IMG/VR virus record: IMGVR_UViG_3300007344_000034
Location: 1 to 57,495 of that record
Length of the DNA: 57,495 bases
Strand: one strand, 5' to 3'
Source: a virus
Lineage: Duplodnaviria; Caudoviricetes
Below are positions 25,337 through 33,503 of this stretch, piece after piece (the stretch's first letter is position 1; each line of letters begins with the position of its first letter). The position numbers were made by a program, and so were the translations under genes. The notes under the pieces are model-generated. The model was given only the letters and a program-made list of their open reading frames with translations. It was not told where the DNA came from and did not search any database.

Positions 25337-26214
25337 GTAATATGTCAGATATGCAAGATACACAATTCATGCGCCCGAATATGTTCGTACGAACGGGTAG
25401 CATAGACATAGATAAAGTAGAGATGCCTACGTTCTGGGAGCCAGTAATCGTCTGGCTTGCAGACAAGTTTCCAAAGTGGAAGTTTGTGGGTTCTCACTTA
25501 ACCCAATCGGAAGCATCGCGCGTGAAGGAGCGAGAGGAGTGGAAGTGGTATCCGCGTAGGTGGACTGTGTACCTAGACGGTGAGGAGCTAGGCACAATCG
25601 GCATGGACTACTACGGCCACAAGAAGTGTTACGCGATCAGCAATGACCGCATCGGAAACAAACGTGAGCGTGGTTGGGCTGATAAGACTACCAAGATCGA
25701 GCAAGCCAAGAAGATCATTATGAAGAACTTCAGGCCGAAGGATCTGAAAGAGCTAACGACTGAGTGCGTAAACACAGTGCGTCGCAACGTAACATCCAAT
25801 GTGTATGCGTCAGCTAGCACTTACTCAAGGCTACTACAACGACTAGCGCAGTACCTTGCTGCTGACTTGGAAAGTAACTTGGATACATATATGCAAATAG
25901 CCAGAAGAGCCGGTTATACCGAGGAGCAAGAGTTCAAAGAGGCTATTGAAACAAGCAAGATTCACAGGAGCATGGACAAATGCACGCAAGAAAACAAAGG
26001 GGCGGTTGTTCTGATTCATGGGGACACGTATGCCGTACAAACCGACGACGGCCAGTTCTACACGTACGAAAATGCTACACTACCCGACTTGCTAAAACGC
26101 AGGGTCGGTATGTTGAAGCTATTGGACAACGAGCAAACGCTAATTAACGTCGGCTACCGTGAGAACGAAAACCAATACTATGTCAGCTTGGAGGAAGATA
26201 ATGGAGCAACCTAA
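25330..26214 (+). CDS. Hypothetical protein
   Basis: ~290 aa long ORF; true start may be 25342. Confidence 0.75.
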   Translation: MVSNMSDMQDTQFMRPNMFVRTGSIDIDKVEMPTFWEPVIVWLADKFPKWKFVGSHLTQSEASRVKEREEWKWYPRRWTVYLDGEELGTIGMDYYGHKKCYAISNDRIGNKRERGWADKTTKIEQAKKIIMKNFRPKDLKELTTECVNTVRRNVTSNVYASASTYSRLLQRLAQYLAADLESNLDTYMQIARRAGYTEEQEFKEAIETSKIHRSMDKCTQENKGAVVLIHGDTYAVQTDDGQFYTYENATLPDLLKRRVGMLKLLDNEQTLINVGYRENENQYYVSLEEDNGAT

Positions 26215-26362
26215 ACGCACAAGGGGGAAGCAGAAAGCGCCTACGCTTGTACACGTAAATCTGCGAGTCCCTCAAGAAGTTTTGGACTACTATAAACAGT
26301 GGCCGAGCTATACCAAAATGATGCGAACCGTACTTACGAATTACGCTGAATCGCAAAAGTAA
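26201..26362 (+). CDS. BrnA-antitoxin-like ribbon-helix-helix protein
   Basis: Start ATG 26201 behind GGAGGA; RGKQKAPTLVHVNLRVPQEVLDYYKQWPSYTKMMRTVL matches the BrnA pattern. Confidence 0.7.
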   Translation: MEQPKRTRGKQKAPTLVHVNLRVPQEVLDYYKQWPSYTKMMRTVLTNYAESQK

Positions 26363-26366
26363 TATG

Positions 26367-26391
26367 AAGCCCCGCTAGTCGGGGCTTTTTT
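26367..26391 (+). terminator. Rho-independent terminator ending the early operon
   Basis: AAGCCCCG-CTAGT-CGGGGCTT followed by TTTT. Confidence 0.88.
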
Positions 26392-26414
26392 ACGCCTGTA
26401 CGACAAAGGGGTAG

Positions 26415-26432
26415 GACTAACAAATGTTAGTC
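26415..26432. repeat. 18-bp palindrome copy 10
   Basis: GACTAACAAATGTTAGTC, 20 bp upstream of a TTGACA. Confidence 0.9.
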
Positions 26433-26452
26433 TGATCCCCCAGAAAAAATGT

Positions 26453-26481
26453 TTGACATTGCCAAAAATGACAGTTACCGT
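26453..26481 (+). promoter_or_regulatory. Sigma70 promoter of replication operon
   Basis: TTGACA-17 bp-TACCGT; ATG 26488 falls at the predicted +1. Confidence 0.65.
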
Positions 26482-26487
26482 TGGCCT

Positions 26488-26817
26488 ATGGCTACACCTG
26501 AGAAGAAAGTAAAAGATAAGATCGTTAAGGTTCTCAAAGACCAAGGCGTGTACTACTTCTTCCCCGCTACGCACGGGTACGGACGTAGTGGTGTGCCTGA
26601 TATAATATGCTGTTGCAACGGTGTCTTTATTGGCATCGAGTGCAAGGCAGGAGTCAACAAGCCAACTGCGCTACAAGAAAAAGAGATGCGAGATATACGC
26701 AACGCGGGCGGCATAACAAAAGTCATCAACGAAGATAATATCGTTGAGGTATTAGAGGTAATAACTTATGCACAAGAGTATGGAAATTCTCATGGCTCGT
26801 ATGGAGAGCCATCCTGA
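26488..26817 (+). CDS. VRR-NUC nuclease / Holliday junction resolvase
   Basis: TPEKKVK...GVPDII...FIGIECK...PTALQ; start moved to 26488. Confidence 0.88.
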   Translation: MATPEKKVKDKIVKVLKDQGVYYFFPATHGYGRSGVPDIICCCNGVFIGIECKAGVNKPTALQEKEMRDIRNAGGITKVINEDNIVEVLEVITYAQEYGNSHGSYGEPS

Positions 26818-27091
26818 AGAGTTTGATCTGACGTTTAGAGCTACTCAGCTTAATCCAGAGAAACGTTGGGATTTCGTTGTCAAGCCTTTGATGGAACGCG
26901 CTGAAGCAATGGTGCGTGGCGAGCCATCATTCATGCTTGGCTTCCTGTCCGACGACGAATTGTCCCAAGTATTCCAAAAGCTAATGCTAGTTCAAGGTGA
27001 TGTAACCACACAGCGTATCATGAACGAGCTACTGCGTGATGAAGACCGTCCGGTTGCTAAGGGTGGGTTGAAGTTTGGCGGTAATCGATGA
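26768..27091 (+). CDS. Hypothetical protein
   Basis: 107 aa; RBS TTAGAGGTAAT; LARMESHPEEF-like motif. Confidence 0.7.
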   Translation: MHKSMEILMARMESHPEEFDLTFRATQLNPEKRWDFVVKPLMERAEAMVRGEPSFMLGFLSDDELSQVFQKLMLVQGDVTTQRIMNELLRDEDRPVAKGGLKFGGNR

Positions 27092-27145
27092 CAGTTCCGA
27101 CCCCTCGCTTTTTACCTCAAATTCACATCGGGTCGCACTGAGCTT

Positions 27146-28972
27146 ATGGACATTTACACAATAGATTTTGAGACGTATTACGCAAAAGACTACGGACTCA
27201 ACAAATTTACAACAGAAGAGTACATACGTGACCCTCGCTTTGAGGTTATCGGTGTAGCTGTAAAGAAGAACGACGAAGAAACCCAGTGGTTCAGTGGAAC
27301 CAAAGTGCAAACACAGCGGTGGCTAGATCAGTTCCCGTGGGAAGATAACATCGCTCTTGCACACAATGGGATGTTCGACTTTGCGATTATGGCGTGGCAT
27401 TTCGACATTCACCCAAAGAAGTTAGCGGATACGCTGTGCATGGCACGTGCGCTCCACACTATCGAGGTAGGTGGAAGTCTGGCCGCATTGACCCAGTATT
27501 ATGGGTTAGGCAAGAAAGGTACCGAAGTAGTTAACGCGCTTGGACTCAAACGTTTGGACTTTCCGAAGGCACAGTTAGAAGCGTATTCTGGTTACTGTAT
27601 TAACGATGTGGACTTAACATATGCGCTTTTTGAAATCCTTATTACAAGGTTTCCTGTTAGCGAGCTTAATCTTGTTGATCTTACTTTACGTATGTTTACT
27701 AAGCCTTGCATTGAGCTAAACAAATACATACTCGGTGAACACTTACAACACGTAAAGGAAAACAAAGAACGGCTGATGAGCCTGATTACTCAAAGCCGTG
27801 AGGAGTTGATGAGCAATGAGAAGTTCGCTAATGCACTACGGATTGCAGGAGTTGAACCTCCGACAAAGATTAGCCCTACGACGGGAAAAGAAACGTACGC
27901 ATTTGCAAAGGCCGACGAAGACTTTAAGGCGTTGTTGGAGCATGAGAACGAAGCCGTCCAAGCCCTCGTTAGTGCTAGACTTGGCGTCAAATCCACGATT
28001 GAAGAAACACGTACTCAGCGCTTTATTGAGATTGCGAGTCGCGGCACGCTACCCATCCCGCTACGCTATTATGCGGCACACACTGGAAGGTGGGGCGGGG
28101 ATGATAAAGTTAACCTCCAAAATCTGCCACGCACATCCGCAATCAAACAGGCAATGGAAGCTCCGGTCGGTTACAAGATTATCGACTCGGACTCTTCTCA
28201 AATCGAAGCGAGGACACTCGCATGGCTAGCAGAGCAAGACGATCTCGTAGACGCTTTCGACAAGGGCGAAGACGTATACAAGATTATGGCTTCCGCTATC
28301 TACGGCAAACATATAGACGAGATCACGAAGGACGAGCGTTTTGTCGGCAAGACAACAATCCTTGGTGCAGGGTATGGCATGGGTGCGTTCAAGTTCAGGA
28401 CGCAATTAAAAACCTTTGGCGTAGATTTACCACAAGAAGAATGTGATCGGATTATTAGAGTATATCGAGAGACATACCCGCAGATTCCTTTGCTCTGGCG
28501 TGCCGCAGGCGATGCGCTAAAGGCTATTGAGCAAGGTGCAACGTCCCCGCTAGGGAGGGGGTTAGCTTTAACCGTGGAGGGAAAACACGGTATCCGCCTC
28601 CCTAACGGGTTCTATATCAAGTATCCAAATTTACGACGCCAAGTCAACGAAGAAGGCCGCGATGAGTTGGTCTACGACACTAAGAAAGGACGAACCACTG
28701 TACCCAACCGTATATACGGTGGAAAAGTTGTGGAAAACGTTTGCCAAGCACTAGCAAGAATCGTGATCGGTGAGCAGATGTTGCGTATAGCTAAGAAGTA
28801 CCAAGTCGTCATGACGGTACATGACGCTGTTTGCTGTGTAGTACCCGAAGATGAAGCAGATACGGCTCGTGAATACGTAGAGCTGTGTATGCGGTTACGG
28901 CCTGAGTGGGCACCAGAACTCCCGTTGGACTGCGAGTCAGGTGTCGGTGATTCATATGGAGACTGTAAATGA
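27146..28972 (+). CDS. polA: Family A DNA polymerase with 3'-5' exonuclease (Leu762 type)
   Basis: ExoI IDFET, ExoII HNGMFD, ExoIII YCINDV; TGRW; motif A DSSQIEAR; motif B RFVGKTTILGAGYG; motif C VHDA. Confidence 0.95.
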   Translation: MDIYTIDFETYYAKDYGLNKFTTEEYIRDPRFEVIGVAVKKNDEETQWFSGTKVQTQRWLDQFPWEDNIALAHNGMFDFAIMAWHFDIHPKKLADTLCMARALHTIEVGGSLAALTQYYGLGKKGTEVVNALGLKRLDFPKAQLEAYSGYCINDVDLTYALFEILITRFPVSELNLVDLTLRMFTKPCIELNKYILGEHLQHVKENKERLMSLITQSREELMSNEKFANALRIAGVEPPTKISPTTGKETYAFAKADEDFKALLEHENEAVQALVSARLGVKSTIEETRTQRFIEIASRGTLPIPLRYYAAHTGRWGGDDKVNLQNLPRTSAIKQAMEAPVGYKIIDSDSSQIEARTLAWLAEQDDLVDAFDKGEDVYKIMASAIYGKHIDEITKDERFVGKTTILGAGYGMGAFKFRTQLKTFGVDLPQEECDRIIRVYRETYPQIPLLWRAAGDALKAIEQGATSPLGRGLALTVEGKHGIRLPNGFYIKYPNLRRQVNEEGRDELVYDTKKGRTTVPNRIYGGKVVENVCQALARIVIGEQMLRIAKKYQVVMTVHDAVCCVVPEDEADTAREYVELCMRLRPEWAPELPLDCESGVGDSYGDCK

Positions 28973-29163
28973 ACCTAAATAACCCGTACTGGAGGAACCA
29001 CAATACGCGAAAGATCGACCCTGAAGATGTGCTGTTGATACAAGAACTGTACAGAGAAGGACTAGGATCGCAAGAGATCGCGGACAAATTTGAAGTTTCC
29101 AGAACTCATGTCTGGAGAATCGTAAATAAAAAAGCATGGGGGCACCTAAATGTCACTGACTGA
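28969..29163 (+). CDS. Small HTH protein
   Basis: GLGSQEIADKFEVSRTHVWRIV. Confidence 0.8.
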   Translation: MNLNNPYWRNHNTRKIDPEDVLLIQELYREGLGSQEIADKFEVSRTHVWRIVNKKAWGHLNVTD

Positions 29164-29332
29164 AGAAGACAAAGAACTAATAAGAGCTTTATGCCAAGAA
29201 AAAGCTGAAGGCAAAACAGATCTTACATATAGAGAAATAGGTATTAAGTTTGAACTGAAACCCCACGAAGTGCTCGAAATATGGACGGGCATGAAGTGGG
29301 ATACAAGTCAGAGGCATATTTATTATGGGTAA
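29150..29332 (+). CDS. Small HTH protein
   Basis: LTYREIGIKFELKPHEVLEI. Confidence 0.65.
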   Translation: MSLTEEDKELIRALCQEKAEGKTDLTYREIGIKFELKPHEVLEIWTGMKWDTSQRHIYYG

Positions 29333-29579
29333 ATTACCACCAGTTGAGCGTGATCCAATCATGCCGAACGGAATAACTATAGAGTGCGCGGCTAAGTGGC
29401 ACCTTTTTCTAGCGGAAGAATACGAGATGCTAGACGAAAGCGACAAAGCCAAAGCGCACCGTCAAAGGGGCGAAAGCCTAAACGCAATGCCGATGAAGGG
29501 ATCTGTATCTGATGCAGAACTGGAGACGGAAATAGCAATATGGACTGCAAAAAGAGGTAAGTCTAATGAAAGCAAATAA
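29325..29579 (+). CDS. Hypothetical protein
   Basis: 84 aa, GAGG RBS, overlaps both neighbours. Confidence 0.6.
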   Translation: MGKLPPVERDPIMPNGITIECAAKWHLFLAEEYEMLDESDKAKAHRQRGESLNAMPMKGSVSDAELETEIAIWTAKRGKSNESK

Positions 29580-30009
29580 GCGAAACAAAGTAATCAAGTA
29601 CATAAGCAAACACCCAAACGCTAAGCCAGCTAGTGTAGCTAATGCCGTAGGTACTACCTACGGGTATGCATACAAAGTTATGCGCTCAGTTTTGGACGCG
29701 GTAGAGGATTCTGTTGCTACTAAACCTAATACTTTAGTAGTAGAGAAATCGCTTACCTCATACAAAGGTACTCAAAGCTCATCAGATGGTAGTTCGGCTG
29801 ACTATTATGTATTGCCAAATGGCGCAAAAGAATTGCAAGATCTGATTTCGCACAAGAATATGAACGCACAAATTGGCGAGATATTCCGGTCGTGCTATCG
29901 CTACGGTGAAGTGGCGCACAGCAAGATGCTACGAGATGCGAAGAAAATTAAGTTCTATGCGGAAGCTGAGATTAAGCGTCTGGAGAGACTGAATGAAGGT
30001 AAAGATTGA
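29566..30009 (+). CDS. HTH + DUF3310-like domain protein
   Basis: N-terminal PASVANAVGTTYGYAY HTH; C-terminal SADYY...ELQDLI...GEIFRSCYRYG...DAKKIKFY. Confidence 0.6.
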   Translation: MKANKRNKVIKYISKHPNAKPASVANAVGTTYGYAYKVMRSVLDAVEDSVATKPNTLVVEKSLTSYKGTQSSSDGSSADYYVLPNGAKELQDLISHKNMNAQIGEIFRSCYRYGEVAHSKMLRDAKKIKFYAEAEIKRLERLNEGKD

Positions 30010-30172
30010 GATCGACTGCACTCCGCATGAGTTCCAAGAGCTGTTTGTCCCCGGTGATAGACAGCAGGAGTTCGTAGAGACCACGTACAATGCGTACGTG
30101 GATGCTCTGCAAAAGATGATGTGGAATCAGATCGACCCGCATAATTTTATAAAGACAAAGGATGACAAATGA
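29993..30172 (+). CDS. 59-aa protein, DUF6489-like N-terminus
   Basis: Not in ORF track. MKVKIEIDCTPHEFQELFVPGDRQQEFV...; GGAGAG RBS; ATGA overlap with 30169. Confidence 0.65.
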   Translation: MKVKIEIDCTPHEFQELFVPGDRQQEFVETTYNAYVDALQKMMWNQIDPHNFIKTKDDK

Positions 30173-30834
30173 CAACGTGGTCTTACAGCAGTCTCAAGAC
30201 ATTTGAGCAGTGCCCAAAGAAGTATTTCCATCTGAAGGTGGTGAAAGATGTCAAAGACTCAGGCAGTGAGGCTACGATATACGGTCAAGAAGTGCATAAA
30301 GTGGCGGAAGAATACATCAGAGATGGTGTAGAAATACCGAACAAATTCAAGTTCTTACAAGGAACTCTTGAGGCTCTTAACAAGATCGAAGGTGAACGTC
30401 ATTGCGAAATGAAGCTAGGACTGGCTTTGACCGATGACGATTACCGCCCTTGCGGGTTCTTTGATAAGGAAGTTTGGTGGCGGGGTATCGCTGACCTTGT
30501 GATTATTAAAGGAGATATAGCGTACTCTGTTGACTACAAGACCAGTAAAAATGCGAAGTACGCGGATACTAAACAGTTGGATATTGTAGCCGCCGCGCTT
30601 TTTGTGCATTTCCCACAGGTGCAGAAGATTAAATCAGGTCTAGCGTTTGTGGTTAGTAATGAATTTATTAAGAAGGATCATCACCGAGAAAAACGTGACG
30701 AATATTTTGCATCGTTTAATCCGCTTCTGGGTAGGTTAGAAGGTGCAATGGATAACGACGTTTGGAACGCGGTAACTGGTCCTTTGTGTAGGTTCTGTCC
30801 GGTTGTAACGTGTGAGCACAATAGCAAGAGGTAA
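30169..30834 (+). CDS. Cas4-like PD-(D/E)xK exonuclease with Fe-S cluster
   Basis: SYSSLKTFEQCP, G..VH, RGIADL, VDYKT, QL, C-terminal CRFC....C. Confidence 0.88.
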   Translation: MTTWSYSSLKTFEQCPKKYFHLKVVKDVKDSGSEATIYGQEVHKVAEEYIRDGVEIPNKFKFLQGTLEALNKIEGERHCEMKLGLALTDDDYRPCGFFDKEVWWRGIADLVIIKGDIAYSVDYKTSKNAKYADTKQLDIVAAALFVHFPQVQKIKSGLAFVVSNEFIKKDHHREKRDEYFASFNPLLGRLEGAMDNDVWNAVTGPLCRFCPVVTCEHNSKR

Positions 30835-30840
30835 CGAGAA

Positions 30841-31209
30841 ATGAATGGACACACTTTAATAGCTGAAGAACTAGAAGTTAAAGATGCTACGTTTGAGTAT
30901 TCTAACGACGACGTGATGGCTCTAGAGTTAGCCGTACAGTTTGGACCGGATAAGGATAAAAGTACCAAATCCACAGTATCTTTTTGCACTGGTAATATCA
31001 GCGGCTACCCCATGAAGATAGTAGTACAGCCAACGTGGGGAGGAGACTACGCGCCCACAAGACCAATAGAGGTAGATGCGGTATCCATACAGTTTACAGG
31101 TTCATACGAAAGGGACATTTTAATTGCCGCTTTGCAAAAAATAGGTTTGATGACTATCCCAACCTACGGCAAAATACAGAATGGACCTTTTGAACCCCAC
31201 GAGGAGTAA
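30841..31209 (+). CDS. Hypothetical protein
   Basis: 122 aa; RBS AGAGGTAAC. Confidence 0.7.
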   Translation: MNGHTLIAEELEVKDATFEYSNDDVMALELAVQFGPDKDKSTKSTVSFCTGNISGYPMKIVVQPTWGGDYAPTRPIEVDAVSIQFTGSYERDILIAALQKIGLMTIPTYGKIQNGPFEPHEE

Positions 31210-31215
31210 GTCCCC

Positions 31216-31503
31216 ATGCCGTACGTAAACAAGAAGCGCCCATACAAGAAAGAGTATGAGCAGTATCAAGGGTCAGAAGAACAGAAGAAAAACCGCGCCA
31301 AGCGCAATGCCGCTAGACGCGAGTTAGAAAAACAAGGTCGCGTCAAAAAGGGCGACGGTAAAGATGTAGACCACAAGAAACCTATTTCAAAGGGCGGGTC
31401 TAACACTAAAGGTAACCTGCGAGTAAAGAGCGCATCGGCAAACCGTTCGTTCTCTCGCAACAGCGATAGGTCAGTTAAAAAGAATGGAAGTCGTAGAAAA
31501 TAA
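31216..31503 (+). CDS. HNH endonuclease-like protein
   Basis: DVDHKKPISKGGSN...NLRV.....NR. Confidence 0.85.
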   Translation: MPYVNKKRPYKKEYEQYQGSEEQKKNRAKRNAARRELEKQGRVKKGDGKDVDHKKPISKGGSNTKGNLRVKSASANRSFSRNSDRSVKKNGSRRK

Positions 31504-33040
31504 AGTCTTAACCCTGCTAACACGTAATCCGCAGGCAATTACAGACGCAATTACAAAGAGCGCGATCCTAGAGGAACAAGAAGACGGTATATACAAAGTA
31601 GCAGTGAACTGGGGGCTGGATGAAATGCAGACTCTTGCTTCTCTGCCTTTTAAAACACCGCCGTCTACTATTAAACGCGACTACCAGTGGACAGGCAAGT
31701 TCACGCCGTTCGACCATCAAAAAGAAACAGCTTCATTCTTATCACTACATAAGAAGGCTTTCTGCTTCAACGAGCAGGGTACAGGTAAGACAGCATCAGT
31801 AATCTGGGCGGCTGACTACCTAATGAAGCAAGGGCGCATAAAGCGCGTGCTAGTGCTATGCCCGTTATCTATTATGAAGTCAGCATGGCAACAAGATCTG
31901 TTTAAATTTGCCATGCACCGTAGCTGTTCTGTTGCTTATGGTGACAAACGTGCCCGCAAGAAAATTATTGAAGCTGGCGCTGAGTTCGTAGTGATTAACT
32001 TTGATGGCCTCGGAGTAGTAAAAGAAACCATTATGGCTGGCGGCTTTGACATGGTTGTGGTTGATGAAGCTAGCGCCTATAAGAACCCGCAAACTAATCG
32101 TTGGAAGGTATTACGCGATGTGATGCTTAAAACTGAATGGCTGTGGATGCTCACAGGCACACCAGCCGCGCAGTCACCTTTAGACGCATATGGTCTAGCT
32201 AAGCTAATAAATCCTGTCCATTGCCCTAAGTTTTACGGGCAGTTCCGGGACGCTGTGATGTTTAAAGTGACTCAATTTAAGTGGGTGCCAAAGCCAAAGT
32301 CTCAAGACTATATACACAGACTGCTACAGCCCGCTATCCGGTTTGAGAAGGATCAATGTTTAGACCTACCTGAAGTTACGCACGTAGAGCGAGAAGCCCC
32401 GTTAACCACTCAACAGAAGAAGTATTACTTAGACCTCAAGAAAGAAATGATGATGGAGGCCGACGGGGAACAAGTAACCGCGTTCAATGCGGCGACTAAA
32501 ATAAACAAACTACTGCAAATATCTGGCGGCTGTGTGTATACCGATACCCGTGAAGTTATTGAGTTTGATGTGTCTAATAGGCTAAATGTAATCGAGGAAG
32601 TTATCAATGAGTCGTCACACAAGGTGCTTGTCTTCGTTCCCTTTACGCACACAATTGAGTTACTACGCGCTCATCTTGAGAATAAAAATCATTCATGCGC
32701 TGTTATTAACGGCAAAGTTTCTGTCAACAAACGGAGCGATATTGTTAAAGATTTTCAAGAACAGCCCACGCCTCGTGTTCTTATTATCCAACCGCAAGCC
32801 GCGTCGCATGGACTCACTCTGACTGCGGCAAACACAATCATCTGGTATGCACCAGTGACCAGTGTTGAGACTTATTTGCAAGCCAATGCGCGTATCAACC
32901 GTCCCGGACAGAAGAACGCGATGACAATCGTGCACATACAGGGCAGTGAAGTAGAAGACAAACTGTACAACATGCTTAGAAACAACATCAGCAACCACGA
33001 GAAGATCATTGATTTATACCGTCAAGAATTAAGTTCTTGA
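31484..33040 (+). CDS. SNF2-family helicase
   Basis: EQGTGKT, VVDEAS, LTGTP, HGLTLT, QANARINRPGQ. Confidence 0.93.
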   Translation: MEVVENKVLTLLTRNPQAITDAITKSAILEEQEDGIYKVAVNWGLDEMQTLASLPFKTPPSTIKRDYQWTGKFTPFDHQKETASFLSLHKKAFCFNEQGTGKTASVIWAADYLMKQGRIKRVLVLCPLSIMKSAWQQDLFKFAMHRSCSVAYGDKRARKKIIEAGAEFVVINFDGLGVVKETIMAGGFDMVVVDEASAYKNPQTNRWKVLRDVMLKTEWLWMLTGTPAAQSPLDAYGLAKLINPVHCPKFYGQFRDAVMFKVTQFKWVPKPKSQDYIHRLLQPAIRFEKDQCLDLPEVTHVEREAPLTTQQKKYYLDLKKEMMMEADGEQVTAFNAATKINKLLQISGGCVYTDTREVIEFDVSNRLNVIEEVINESSHKVLVFVPFTHTIELLRAHLENKNHSCAVINGKVSVNKRSDIVKDFQEQPTPRVLIIQPQAASHGLTLTAANTIIWYAPVTSVETYLQANARINRPGQKNAMTIVHIQGSEVEDKLYNMLRNNISNHEKIIDLYRQELSS

Positions 33041-33064
33041 CAAAGTCAAAAACAACACTATAGT
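33037..33064 (+). promoter_or_regulatory. Sigma70 promoter for the SSB/primase block
   Basis: TTGACA-16 bp-TATAGT. Confidence 0.7.
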
Positions 33065-33096
33065 TGTTAATGGAGTCAACCAAAGAGGTAATAACT

Positions 33097-33495
33097 ATGG
33101 CAACACCAGCCGATAAATTAGTGCCTGTGTACATTAAGATCCGCGATTCTATTCGTGAGAAAGAAGACAAGCACAAGCTAGAGATAGCTACGCTCAAAGA
33201 GCAATTGGAAGCTGTGGCTCAAGCCTTACTAGAAATATGTGAGGAGAATGGGCAGGATGGCTTCCGCACACCCGAAGGCACAGTCACTCGTAGAGTTACG
33301 TCACGGTATTGGACGAGTGACTGGGAGGCTATGTACAAGACAATTAAGGAACACGATGCTCCTTTTTTGCTTGAACAAAGAATCCACAACGGCAACATGA
33401 AGCAATTTCTCGAAGAACACCCAGATGTTCACCCAACGGGGTTGCAAGCTGACCGCAAATATACCGTGCAAGTACGTAAACCAACTTCTAAGTGA
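33097..33495 (+). CDS. Conserved coiled-coil replication-module protein
   Basis: Start ATG 33097 behind AGAGGTAAT; YIKIRD...RTPEGTV...DW...LLEQRI. Confidence 0.75.
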   Translation: MATPADKLVPVYIKIRDSIREKEDKHKLEIATLKEQLEAVAQALLEICEENGQDGFRTPEGTVTRRVTSRYWTSDWEAMYKTIKEHDAPFLLEQRIHNGNMKQFLEEHPDVHPTGLQADRKYTVQVRKPTSK

Positions 33496-33503
33496 GGTAC
33501 ACA

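Noticed and set aside
26469-26477. TGACAGTTA as a sixth bipartite box
   Set aside because: The second half (CTGCG..GAGC) is absent.
31216-31503. HNH as a mobile intron/homing element
   Set aside because: Free-standing between intact genes, with no interrupted gene or intron structure visible.
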